Source of the DNA: Felis catus
Taxonomy: Eukaryota
Assembly: GCF_018350175.1 (NCBI RefSeq)
Contig: NC_058368.1
Location: 39,744,001 to 39,808,000, forward strand
DNA length: 64,000 nucleotides
Direction of reading: 5' to 3'
This document shows, in pieces, positions 23,809 to 37,769 of the stretch. Numbering within the stretch: position 1 is the stretch's first letter; the number at the start of each line of letters is the position of its first letter. Under the pieces are notes generated by a model that did not search any database, was not told where the DNA came from, and saw nothing but the letters and a program-made list of their open reading frames with translations. Position numbers and translations under genes: made by a program.

Positions 23809-24696
23809 GACGAAAATATGAGAATGGGTGATGATAAATAAATCTGAGTTTTGAGGAGATTAAAGATATCTTAAATAATGTGAGAATTGGGGATTTCTCT
23901 TTATTATTTAATTCAATTGTCTGAGTGTCAACAAGAATTTGGAATCTTGTTCATGATCATAACTTTCTCCATCACTCTCCTCCAATTTACATTTCTCTGT
24001 AGTTTTTAAATCCTGTCAATGCCACCAATCAAATATCTCCCAAAACTATCCCTTCTTAACCATAATATCATAATTTCACAGTGGCTTTTCTTGTAGGCTT
24101 TACCAATATTCAGCTAACTGAATTTTTTCCACTCCTTTATCTCTGCAGTCACTTTTTCCTAATGTTTTCAATTATCTGCTGGAAAAAAATTTTAGCTGAT
24201 TGATTGTCTCATATGATAAAGCAGAAAACTGTTACAAAGTCTATGATAGTCTGTTGCTGAACTTGATTTCTGTTCTGTATCTTCCCCACACTCAAACTTT
24301 ATGCACACATTTGATGTTATCAAAATTTCCCTAAAGTCAAGATGCTCATTTGATTGTTTATTTATTTTTATTATACATTGGCTTATTTATTTACATGCTT
24401 ATATTTTACAATGTCCTTCTCTTCTATCCTAATTAAGGAATCTTTACCCTTTAAGATCTTGATCAAATATCTTCTAGTGAACATAATGCTTTCTTAATTT
24501 TGTACATTTCCAAAGATTTTCCACACCTGAATATAGTACTTATTCTACTAAATGTTACTTAAAACATTAATGTCTATCATAACCACTCCAGTGTCTGCTA
24601 CTTGAAGAGACGATGCCTTCTGAATGAGTATTCTACTTTTCAGGAAATATTCTGCCAGTTCCTTTTATTTTATGAAATATATAACCATCATTTTAA

Positions 24697-24699
24697 TAT

Positions 24700-24742
<43 letters not shown>

Positions 24743-24743
24743 T
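24697..24743. repeat. (TATT)n tetranucleotide microsatellite
   Basis: Direct reading, about 11 units. Confidence 0.95.
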
Positions 24744-26507
24744 ACATTAAGAAGCAACATAACCTCAAACCCATAGCCAATAGATCAAAAAAATTCTTTT
24801 AAATTGGTAATAATGTTCTTTTCTGAAAAGTCGATAACCAGGCTAGAATAACCAAATCCACTGCAGATCAGCATACAGAGTGTGTATATATAGTTTTATT
24901 GCAAATGTTTTTGCCCAAAATATTTAGATATTTGAACAGCCTTGGGGTGTTATTTATTCAGATGGAATAATGATTTCTAAAATCCCATTCAGAGAAATAT
25001 TTACAGAGTCTGAGAAACATGTGGAAAAGTGTCAATGTCAGCAATGGGATTAGCTGCCAGGTACATTTTGGAAATTCTTTAAATGGGACTAAACTTCCTG
25101 AGAATAGGAAAAAATAAATGCTTTCTTTTTTGCATCTCCTTAGAGTTAGTTCTCCTGGGATAGATATTAGTTGAGACAGCCTGAGAAATTTAAGTCACTG
25201 TGGATAAATGACGAGTGGATTATTTTATACAGATAAATGGAAGTTATAAATTAATGTGTAATATTTATGGTTACCAAATGTTTCAGAACTTTAAGAAATA
25301 GCAATTTATTGTTTAGCATATTTTGCAAATAAGTTATAAAAACTATGTTTATATTGATGAATTCAAAGATGGTAAATTATGTGTATGTGCTATTAAGGTT
25401 CAGTTATAAATAATCTTATCAGTATTAGAAATAATTTAAGTGCAGAAACTAAATTAATATCCATTATTTACCCAAACATACACTACTTGAATAGAGCTTT
25501 CGATGTGGCATACAACAGCTAATTGATAAGTCCATAGACGTATGTCACAGTGCGTTAAACAAATAATCACATTTGCTACCTCACCTTTCCTCAATTGTCA
25601 CTATGAACTTGCTCTCGGATACTTGGTACTGTGATCAAGTCTAGGCCAAATCTAACAATGCGTTCAACTCCTGTCAGTAATAAGTCCTGTCATCATTTTC
25701 AGTCACAAGAATTTTCCATGTAATCAATACACCGAGTCCATGGTAATGACCAATTTCAAAGCTTCAAGTGAAATCTTCTCGCCTGGTCTAGCTCAAGTCT
25801 GGTGCCAAGTCTTTTGGAAGAAAAAGTCACTGTGCGGCTTCATCTCTCCTTACCTGTGTGGTTCTCCTATTTCCCTTTCCTCATTAACTAGCCTGCTGCT
25901 GGTGACTCCTGAGTTGAAAGATGGCAAAGCAGGAGACGTAAGGTGCAAAAAGGTCCCCTTTTTCTGGCATTTGTGCGATTAGGCTTTGTTACCTCTGGAC
26001 TTAGCAGTCACCAAACTGATACATTCTTGGCCTGGCAGATAATAAAAGCAAGCTGTTTTTTTGGAGCTTATTTATGAGTTTTTTAGAAACACCCTCGGGG
26101 GATATTTGCTAGACTTCCTCTGACGTGTGTAATTTTTCTTCCTGGTGATCACTAACGTTTCTTCTCTCAGCACTAAGAACTTTGGCATTTTGGCCATCAT
26201 ATTTTTTAAGGGGTGATGGAGAATCCCCTCTCTAAGCAACCTCATAGGAATGACTAAAATGCCTGTAGTCTCATTCTCTGCTATGTGATGTATATTTGGT
26301 AACCATAGCAAAACAAAAACAAAAAGAAAGAAAAGAAGAAAGAAAAACACAAACAAGCAAATGAAACAGCGAGAACAGAAAAAAGAAAATAAACAAAACT
26401 CATACATCCTTTCCTCTACAACTGATGGAGATATAAGCCAGTAGGGGTCCAGTATAAGGTGTAATTTAAATGTGTAACCTTTGTTCCAAAAGAAGGAGAA
26501 AAAGTAC

Positions 26508-26951
26508 TCTTAAAAAATAAAACTCAAAATAAATTTTAAGACTAATTACCTTCATTAAGCAATTCATGAATTGAGCAGCATCCTATCTAGCAAATAGAAT
26601 GGAGCTCTAAGGAGTTGTACAAAATGGAAGGTTTTATAAAAGGAAGCAGAGTGGGGCAAGAAAGTTACAATAAAAGAAAATAAATAATTGTTTTAGGCAA
26701 GGTCACATTCCCTCAGAGGAAGAATAGCAGATCCTGTTAGGTGGATTACCTCATGTTCCTCTGGGGGATAGAAAGAGCCCATGTGACAGATTTCCTCATT
26801 GGTGCTGACCTGAAAACTCCTGATTGACTTCTAAGATGACTTTTCTGGGGAAGGCTGAAATTGCAATTAAATTAGGTATTAAAAGCCCTGGTTTCATGAC
26901 TTGGTCTAGCATGAGTGACTCCATCTGAGCCTTCACTTTTTCTTTTTAACA
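26508..26951 (-). mobile_element. Solo ERV1-class LTR (444 bp)
   Basis: Minus strand starts TGTTAAAAAG...GATGGAGTCACTCATGCTAG and has TGCTGCTCAATTCATGAATTG near a degenerate 3' terminus; 4-bp TSD GTAC (26504-26507, 26952-26955). Confidence 0.75.
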
Positions 26952-27229
26952 GTACTAACATAAAACTAAAAAACAAGAAAGACAAATCTATATCTGTCTA
27001 TCTATCGACTATTTAAATCCTTTCTTCCACAGTCTTTCAGTCCAGCTGTCATAAATTTTTTATTCGCTATTTGATGTCAAGCTCCCTCAGACATAGGGAT
27101 ACTCAGAGGCTGCATGAAAACTCTCACTAGTACTCAGGGCTCTTAGCCACAACTTGATGAGCAGTAAATTGGCTTCTGGGTCCCTTCTTCTGTAGACTGC
27201 TAGACAGATGCCAGCACCCTGGTTGGAGC

Positions 27230-27858
27230 TGGGCCAATCACACTTACCCATGGCAGACAAGCAATCGCCAAGTGACTGCAATCTCAGCATGAAGTTATGC
27301 TAAGTTTTTAGATCAAAGATGTATGAGAAGCTCACCCCTTCAAGTCTCCAGCTGAAGGTGCTGTGGTGCTGACTGCCCAGAGCAGAATGTCCATGGCATG
27401 CCCCAACCCAAGATGCCACAGGGCATATGCAGAAAATCTTGACCACCTTTGTGACTGTGTCCAGATCTCCATTTGGGGAAGACAACAGTGAGAGAACACA
27501 GGGGTCCCTATGCCAATATGACCCAGATGCCACTCTAGGCAGAAGGTGGTAGTGGAAGCTGGGCAGGGGTAGGAAGTAGATCCATGTGGGGTCCTTAGCA
27601 CTAAGAGGAAGAACCTAAGAGGAAGAATCTACAAAGAATCTATCTAGGGGAAGTTTAGGAGATGGGGCCACATGGGAAGCTCGAAATCTTTGGGGCATGC
27701 TCCATTGTCCTAAGGATTTCACTTAAAAACATAGATTCAAAGACAATATTAAGAGTTTTAATGGGTTGACCACAGAACATTAAGCCCAAGCACAGCTATC
27801 TTCTGAAGGTGGATCTGTGTGAAACTTCATCGGCCACTGATTGTGAAGTGGCCCCCTG
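27230..27858 (-). mobile_element. MER45-like hAT/Tip100 DNA transposon relic
   Basis: 27716-27858 (TTCACTTAAAAACATAGATTCAAAGA...TTAAGAGTTT...ACCACAGAACATTAAGCCCAAGCAC...TGAAGTGGCCCCCTG) matches the recalled MER45 terminus; the GC-richer left part is assumed internal and its boundary is uncertain. Confidence 0.6.
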
Positions 27859-28727
27859 ACGACAGTTCAATTCAATGAAATTCTCTCTCTCTTCCTTTCT
27901 CATGAGCTCATTAATTCTCACTTTCTTGTGCTCCCTCTTGCTTTCCTTTACTCAGTGTCTCTTCAGTTCTTCTGACTCCTCAGTGAGCTTCTCCAAGCAC
28001 TGTAAGATCCTAATCCAGTACACCTTCCTCCACCCCACACAAGGTTTACAAATTTCCCTCTATAAGGGACTCTCTTACCAGGCTTGAGAGAAAAAAAGGA
28101 AGGGCAGGCAATATTCGCTGTCCTTCCTTCTTGAGAGTGGAGCATGGGGTGAGTAGAGTTTGGACTCACAACACACTGACAAATCTCTCCAAATAAAATT
28201 TTCACTTTAATTTCCAAATTACTCTTTCAATTATAGATCTCAGGTGTGTAGTCAAATAAGAGTGATTACATCAGTCAAAAGTACCTCCTTTGCAAAAGTC
28301 TGTTTAGATGGTTTAAATCTCATGTTATAGTGAATAGAAGCAGTTAGCATATTCTCTGGGGTTGCCTCACACAAAATGGGCATATCCTGTTAAATGTGGA
28401 CCTATGTGTATAAAGATAAAGTAAATATAGATATGTATAGAGTATGTGTTATGTAACCAAAGGCTGAATTGTAATCTCTTATGGATAAACCACCCAATTT
28501 TGCACACAGATTGTTGAAGATTCCAATAGTTATTGTTAGGATGTACTCAGAAAAACTAATGAACACACACCTTTGCCCAGTGTGCCTCCAAATAATCAAT
28601 ACAAATGACAATGGCCTCAATAATTTAGAGAAACATTTCAGTGTGTACATTTTATTCCATTTATTTTGCCAATGTCAGAAGTTATTAGATATTTGTTTAG
28701 CCTGTTTTAAATGGAGTGGTTGAGTTT

Positions 28728-28840
28728 GTAAGAGATGAATCACTGGGTTTTACTCCTGAAGCCAAGACTACACTGTATATTAACTAATTTGAATTTATAT
28801 TAAAAATTTTTTAAAAAGAAAATTAAGATAAATAAATAAT
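28728..28840 (+). mobile_element. Very short carnivore L1 3' end
   Basis: GATGAATCACTGGGTTTTACTCCTGAAGCCAAGACTACACTGTATATTAACTAA plus an A-rich tail; similar to 9100-9150. Confidence 0.8.
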
Positions 28841-29355
28841 GTAAATTGAGTTTTGTTTCAGCTTATCTTGACTTCACAGATCAACATTTCAGAATTTCCA
28901 TATATATTATTCAACTATTTTACTGTCTCACATTTTCCTAGTCTACCTCCCAAACCTCACACTTTACTAAAATTTGTCTACTTTTAACAATTCAGCTTAA
29001 ATTTCTTATTTTTCCTAAAATCTCTGTTGTCCTTTCTGTTCATTCCATAATATTGTTTTCCGTAAAATCTAAAGATTTCAATATTCAAACAATTGCTTAG
29101 GAATTATTTAAAAGTACACAATAAACCTTCTTGAATTATTTTATTCATTTAATTTTATTCTTTAGAAAATGCACTATAAGATTTTTTTCTCATTACTGAT
29201 CATTTAATCTCTTTGATAAGTGTTATATGCAATTACATTGTGGAGGAAGGCAAATGAAGCTAGGAATGTAAATATTAAAAAAAATGAATTGAAAAATGAC
29301 TAAGTAAATAATTTGAGAGGTTTTACATGAGGTGTGTTGATAATGTGGCATAAAC

Positions 29356-29415
29356 TGAAGACTTCAAACTAATAAGTTTGAAGACTTCAAACTAATAAAT
29401 TGAAAACTTCAAACT
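29356..29415. repeat. 22-23-bp tandem repeat with internal palindromes
   Basis: TGAAGACTTCAAACTAATAAGTT, about 2.7 copies. Confidence 0.9.
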
Positions 29416-30930
29416 TCAGTATATAGTTCCAGAAAGCAAGTAAAGTATATGCAAAAGTAATAAAATTTAGATGTATTCTTTTATTTATTTACTTGCTACT
29501 TTGGAAAAAATAGAAGGAGGAATACTAAAGGCATTTAGTTACTTTTAAATTTTTCTCTCTTATTTATAAGACTCTAAAGAGCCTAAAAATTCAAAGCAAA
29601 GCAATGTTTAGGATTTATCTTTTTTTTTTTTTTCCTGTGTTTGTTTAAGAAATGTTCCTTTAGGTCTCTCCCTTTCTGGCTTGAGTTAGGAGCACCGGCA
29701 GCGCAATTCTTACCCTGAGATAGATTAGAATTACTCAAACACTAAGAGATAAAATACTGAACCAAATATGTATGGGATAGGAACTGTGACAGGTGCCCCT
29801 GACACAAACCAAATATAATGAGCCACACCCAAGGAATGTTGTATCAAGGGGAATATCGATACAATAAAGTAGATTCGTGGAAAATAATAATACATTGAAA
29901 TCGAAAAAGATATAGAAGTTGCAAAGAATCTCTTTGTTTACTAGTGCCTGTATAAAATATATGTATGAATATTGAATGAATAAATTCAGGGCTTCATAAA
30001 ATTCCTTTTAAGTCTGAGTAGATGTTTCTCTATTTTACTACTTTAAATCCAGTGCTTCACATATATTACGTGTTCAATAAATATGTGTTGATTAACTAGG
30101 TCAAAATTTTCCCAGATAATGAGATTTTGAATATATTAATCAACCTAAGTAGTAGTTTAGGTTTGTAATTAGAGATGACTTAATGCAATATATAATTTTT
30201 ATTATGCATAATAGAACTCTAAAATAAAAATAAAGATCTACACCATATTTGTGATTGCCTGAAAAGACCTCATGGATCTAAGAACATGTGTCTTTAACCT
30301 TCACATGAGGAGGACTTTAAATGTTTTTAAGCAGCTATATCTACTCACTTCTTATTTCAGGGATTTTTCCCTTTTGGAAGATGTTTTTTAAATTTTACAC
30401 AAATTGGACGCTTTTTCTCTATATATCATAAAGAAATAAAACTATAAAAACTTTTCTATTTCTAGGGCAGAGATGAGAAAGTTTTCTAAATGGAGCTGAT
30501 ATAGCCCTAGAGATGCAATATAGATAAAAGTAATTCTCAGAAAAAAAAATGGCAACCATAGCAACCGTACAGAACACACTGAAGGGGAGTACATATCCTT
30601 GAAGATCAGCGTTGTTCAAATTAAACAGGGTCTAGAAGGAATAGTGCTGGTTACGGCTCCAGAAATATAATTTAGTAAAACTCAACCCTTAATATTTGAA
30701 TTAAAAAAAAATGTGACCATAATTAGATTAAACAATCTTGACACCAGAAGAAATTATATTGTTACATGTTGTTCAAATCTGTATGAGATTGTTTTAAAAT
30801 TGTATAAGAAAAAACACAGAGACTGGACATATACATATAATTGAAAATGATAAAAGAAGATACATTTAGACAGGATTTGAGGCCAGTTATAGAGAAAGAA
30901 GAGAAAGTAATTCAAAATGATGAACATATT

Positions 30931-31121
30931 TGGGGCGCCTGGATGGCTCAGTCTGTTAAGTGTCGGACTTCAGCCTAGGTCATGATGGTGCACTCCGTGG
31001 GTCAGCTGTGCTGACAGTTCAGAGCCTGGAGCCGGCCTCAGATGCTGTGTCTCCCTCTCTCTACCCCTCCCCTGCTTGTGCTCTCTCTCTCTCAAAAATA
31101 AATAAACGTTATTTTTTTTAA
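30931..31121 (+). mobile_element. CAN-SINE lacking the B-box segment
   Basis: CCGTGGGT joins CAGCTGTGCTGACAG; 17-bp TSD AAAATGATGAACATATT. Confidence 0.9.
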
Positions 31122-31169
31122 AAAATGATGAACATATTACACAATATTTGTAAATTTAGATGCATACTT

Positions 31170-31394
31170 TTTTTTTTTTAATTTTTTTCCAACGTTTATT
31201 TATTTTTGGGACAGAGAGAGACAGAGCATGAACGGGGGAGGGGCAGAGAGAGAGGGAGACACAGAATCAGAAACAGGCTCCAGGCTCTGAGCCATCAGCC
31301 CAGAGCCCGATGCGGGGCTCGAACTCACGGACCCCGCGAGATCGTGACCTGGCTGAAGTCGGACGCTTAACCGACTGCGCCACCCAGGCGCCCC
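31170..31394 (-). mobile_element. Young SINEC_Fc-type SINE
   Basis: Perfect 13-bp TSD TAGATGCATACTT (31157-31169, 31395-31407). Confidence 0.95.
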
Positions 31395-31414
31395 TAGATG
31401 CATACTTCTATTAA

Positions 31415-31935
31415 GATTGTAACAGGAAAAGGATGGCACACTCAAAATGGGCAACATGAGTAATACTTAGTTACAATTTTAATGTTTATAAAAATGTAGT
31501 TTTAGGGAAACCAGAGGGATACTGTAGTGATGTCTGACTGGTGGTAGGAAGCTTTTACCATCCCTAACCCACAGGGGAAAAAAGGGAGCAAATTCTATCA
31601 AAAGTCAGACACAGTAGCCTATCAGAGATACATAATAGGAGTCAGAAGGACAGAACATTGGATAGGATCAGCAGTCTTGAGATCAATGTGCTTTTGGTCA
31701 AGAGCGGAAGTTACCACCTAAAGAAACTTCATAGGAAGGTAACCAAGGGAATAAATACTCTAACTTCATCTTCTTGCTTCCTAGGGTCTCCTAATGAGGC
31801 TTCCCATTGTCTATACCCAGCTGAAATGCAGAGGCACAGAACCCTGTTGATGAAATCATGAAGGTGAGCTTTCTGGGACAGAGAGAACAGAAGCAGACGA
31901 CGAGAAACATAGGAGAGAGAATTGGAACAAGCCAC
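31415..31935 (-). mobile_element. LTR33-like ERVL LTR
   Basis: CAGGAAAAGGATGGCACACTCAAAATGGG...GGGAATAAATAC...CCCATTG...CAGAGG...TTGATGAAATC; same family as 62360-62810. Confidence 0.6.
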
Positions 31936-32155
31936 CATATTTAGGTTGTTTAGTTATTCTTCACAAACTTCACTGTATAACATGTGCTTAATTATTCCTT
32001 TAAATGACTTATTGCTTGTGTTATTGGTAAATTCATGTGTTAAAATAGTCCATCAGATCTATTACACTCAGGATGCTGGTTTCCCATTTAAGTAGACCAG
32101 TAAGCCGTACCCCTATTTAAAAGTGGCCACCCATGTCACGTTTCCCACTCTGGAA

Positions 32156-32370
32156 GTGTTTTGCATTGGGTTCCTCAGAAGCAGACTCTGACATGACAAT
32201 TTATAGACAGCTGGTTTACTAAGGCAGTGCACCCACAAAAGGAAGAGGGAAGAGAATAGGGGAAGCAGGCCCAGATTAGGGAAAGAAGCCAGACTGTACT
32301 TTCACAGGAGGTTTCAGACTTAGCCCAAACCTGTAAGGAGCTCCAGAATGTAAATTATACCTCAGTTTGC
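32156..32370 (-). mobile_element. LTR16-like ERVL LTR fragment
   Basis: TTGGGTTCCTCAGAAGCAGACTCTGACA...GGTTTACT. Confidence 0.55.
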
Positions 32371-32697
32371 TAAAGGCACACAATGTGCTTATCTACATAG
32401 AAATGCTTGTAATATAAGAAATTCAGCTTCCTAATGAATAAATGAGTTGTAGGGAAAGAAAACTGAACATTTATTGGTGACACAGATATATCACTAAAAA
32501 CCTTAATTATTGCAGCATACTTAGAGACCACTGAGATGTGATACTAATCTCTAAACAAGAACAGACTTGTATTGTTCAGATATTTGAAATGGAAGAAAAA
32601 AGAGGGAAGATGGTTTTTAGGTCCTCTTTCTGTATAAAACTGTACCCCCATAGCCTCTTTTGTTACCCAGCACTCCCTCCACATCCTTCACCCCACC

Positions 32698-32700
<3 letters not shown>

Positions 32701-32740
<40 letters not shown>
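32701..32740. repeat. (CA)20 microsatellite
   Basis: Direct reading. Confidence 0.95.
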
Positions 32741-32741
<1 letters not shown>

Positions 32742-33885
32742 CCCACAAATTTCCAATGTATTTTGAGACTATGAACTGAGAAGCCAGATAACAAATTATA
32801 AATTTAAAGAAAAATGACAGATTCTGTACCTACATATTTTGGGGGCTGGGGAAATTATGTTAGATCTTTTGGAATAAGGAGTGAGAACTGACAAAACTGA
32901 TTATGTCCACAGGTTCTTTTGTTCCACCAGAGGGTGTCCCTAATGACACATGGAAAACACACCCAACATTTGAATTTCATAATTTCAGTTTTGGAAGATT
33001 AATAACTCTCTCTCTCTCTTTTTTTTTACCTTTGCTCTTTCAAAGGCATTAGAACTGAAGTTCCCATTTATCAGCATGTTAAAAATATCTTTTGCAACAT
33101 ATTGAAGGATTTGCTAAATTTGGAAATTTTAGGGAAAAAATCATGAAGAAAAATAGGCCACCACTGGGTGCTCGGGTACTCCAAGCCCTACACTTGGTGT
33201 TCTGCGTGATGGGGCCCACCCCATCACTGTGGCCAGGCTGTGATCAGTGGAGCTCGAGTGTCCTACACAGGCTAGGACTGCAGAGAAATTCCAGAGCACT
33301 TTGGTAGGGACTGTGGACATTTCTCAAAGAGGTCCGATCTGAGCTTTAACCTTCTGAGGACTCCTATGGAACAAGTATAAAAGTGAAGTCAGACATCTTG
33401 GGAAAGAAAATAGGCATCTCTGCCCAAACTGGGAGATGGTTTTGGCTCTCTTGGCTATTTAGAAACCCTAAGAAATCTGCTGATATTTTAAAGAAACAAA
33501 AAAAGATGATTTATGATGATATCACAGGTTGCCCAAGTAGATTGTAGGAGAGGAAAACAGCTTCTATAGAGAGCATATTGCAATAAAGCAACAGTGAGGG
33601 ATTGGGGGAGCACCATCAATTGAAATGCCTTCAGTTATCAGCCTTAACTATTCCCCATCCCCAACCCAACCAAAGACCTTGGAACCTTCTAGGGCCTTGC
33701 TGTAAAGGGGTGCAGAAGGCCTGATCCCAGAAGATACTTTTCTCTGTCTCTCCCACCTCCCCCCCACTCTGCCTCTTTCTGATGACTGTGATTGCATCTG
33801 GCCTTACTTTTAGATTCCTGTTGGTTAAGGTGGTGCACCCACAAAAGAAGTGTTTGCACCACAAGCAGGTGCTGTGCTGGTTGCT

Positions 33886-33892
33886 TGTGTGC

Positions 33893-33951
<59 letters not shown>
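33886..33951. repeat. Compound (TG)n(AG)n microsatellite
   Basis: Direct reading. Confidence 0.95.
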
Positions 33952-33954
<3 letters not shown>

Positions 33955-34044
33955 GTGTATTGGGGTATGTGTCACCCCTGTGTGTTTAAGTGGTGGACAA
34001 TGGGAGGAAATGGTAGGATAAGGGGAAGCAGTGAGTTTTTGAAA

Positions 34045-35475
<1,431 letters not shown>

Positions 35476-35829
35476 ACAGATAAATACATAAATTAACTGA
35501 AACTCTGCTTGTTTAATAGAGCTACTATAAATACTCCTTTTAAATATTTTTATAGGTTCAGGTATGACACACACTAACATATGCATGTGATCATACATAT
35601 AGGTTGACATGTATGTGCGTGTGTACAATATGATTTTATATACATAAATATATGTATGCATGCATGTATATGTATATATGTGTTCCACACTATAAGAGAA
35701 GATTTGGATAGTCTGCCTTATTCATTTAAAACTAAATTGTGCTATAATTTTATTATAACTATAACAATTCTTTCCTTAAGAAGAAGACAACAGCCCAAGT
35801 ATGGGGCCCCAAAGTTTAATTATTCACTT

Positions 35830-36210
35830 AAGATAGATTCTTGAAGTAGAACCACTTAGTCACAGGGTATATATTTCTAAGGGCTCCTGGTGCTTGCTTT
35901 CCAGACAGCTTTATATCCATCCTATCGAGCAGAGGATGAGACTGACTGTTTCACTGCAGCTTGCCAGCACTGAGTATCTGTTTGGTTTTTTTTCCTAATA
36001 TTTGCCAATTGTATACGCACAGGGAAAAAAAGATGGTATGTATCAATTTCAACTGTGCATATGTTATTTCTTGAACATTTGAACCTGGTTTTATTTATTC
36101 GCAATTTGTATTTCTTCATTTAAGTCCTTTGAGTACCTCTCTATTGCTATGTTGGTGTTTTTTTCCTTTTTTTAGTCATTACTCTTCATGTAATAAGGAC
36201 AATAATATAC
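35830..36210 (-). mobile_element. Ancient LINE-1 (L1ME-like) ORF2 3' fragment
   Basis: CTTGCCAGCACTGAGTAT...TTTGCCAAT...ATGGTAT...ATTTGTATTTCTTC. Confidence 0.5.
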
Positions 36211-36329
36211 TAAGGCTATGTCACATATCTATTACATGTGTATTTTTACAAATATTCTGTGCTGTGAAACTTTATAAATATTGTCTCTAATGTAATATTT
36301 TTCTTATTAGTCAAAAAGCTTAAAACATG

Positions 36330-36370
36330 TGCTAACAGTCTCCAGAACTGCTAACAGTCTCCAGAACTGC
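36330..36370. repeat. Perfect 19-bp tandem duplication
   Basis: TGCTAACAGTCTCCAGAAC x2 plus TGC. Confidence 0.95.
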
Positions 36371-37420
36371 CGTAATTCGCTGTGACCTCTAGCAAGCAGT
36401 TCAGCAGTTAACTTATCATTCATATTCACCCTAACTCTGTATACTCTGAATCTACAGTTACTAGGGCCACTTCAGGAGCTTGTTGAAGGCCCACTTAATT
36501 TCCCTCTGCATGGATCCGCCTACTTTCTTCTTTGAAAAGCCCGAAGGAAAGTCAGGGTCAGACCAATTAAACAAAATGTTACGGACCTAGCAAGAAGTTA
36601 GAAAGTTTGTTTGGTTTGTTGATGACAAAATAGATTGTTTCATCCTTTAATGAATACAAGTAATGGCAAGAACTTTAATGAATCCACATCCTACCAGGAA
36701 AAGCCATGAAAGTTGCCTTAGGGAGGTCAATTATTTTTTATGTCTTTTTAGTGTACGTTTTATAGCTCTGTATGGCCGGATTAATTAGCACAAGGACTAT
36801 ATAGGAAAATGACATGAAAACAAGCTGGTTTACCTAATGTGAGTAAGCATGACAAAAAATAATTAAAATGCAGTCATTTCTTGAGTGTTTTCAAATATTA
36901 TTCTATTTTAAACAAAACTATAGCTGCAAATTACAATATATCATTAACATACATTACCAAACTTTTATATGCCCCATTTATTTCTCATGGCTCAGAATTA
37001 AACTTTCTTTTGTCCTCTGTTTCCTTCCCTTTTATGATTGTACAAGGATGTCTTACGATCTTTTTAATCTTTCATACAGATTGTATATAATTGATTTCCC
37101 ACTTCCTGGTATGATCAGAACCTCAGAACTATAGAACCACATATATGTGTGTATACACATGTGCACATATACATACATTCATATTAAGTGGCATGTAATT
37201 TTTCTTAATGGCAACAATTATATGAAAATGAGATACATTTTTTTATTGAACTTCTAATCACTTCTATCTGCATTTTGAGCATTCAAATACATGTACAGAG
37301 ATTTTGAGGTGCTAGCACCAATATTCAAAATCCACCAGGCATATGTGATGTATCTCACTGAATCACAAGATTTCTCAGTTAGGGTCATCTTGCACAGCCC
37401 TTTAAAAGATGAAAGATTTC

Positions 37421-37600
37421 TTGGGCCACCTGGGTGGCTTAGTCGGTTGGGTGTCCGACTTCGGCTCAGGTGATGATCTCACAGTTCATGGGTTCGAGCC
37501 CCGTGTCGGGATCTGTGCTGACAGCTCAGAGCCCGGAGCCTGCTTCGGATTCTGTGTCTCCCTCTCTCTTTGCCCCTCCCCTGCTCACACTCTGTCTCTC

Positions 37601-37649
<49 letters not shown>

Positions 37650-37677
37650 AATAAATGAACATTTAAAAAAAATTTTA
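37421..37677 (+). mobile_element. CAN-SINE with expanded (CT)n
   Basis: TSD ATGAAAGATTTC (37409-37420, 37678-37689). Confidence 0.95.
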
Positions 37678-37769
37678 ATGAAAGATTTCATATGTCCACT
37701 GAATAAATCTTATGAACTATTTGCTCTACTCTATAAGAAAACAGTAATTAACATTCAGTGACCACTTTC

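Noticed and set aside
26072..26407. 111-aa ORF with a hydrophobic, signal-like N-terminus
   Set aside because: The F/L run comes from an A-rich low-complexity tract on the opposite strand
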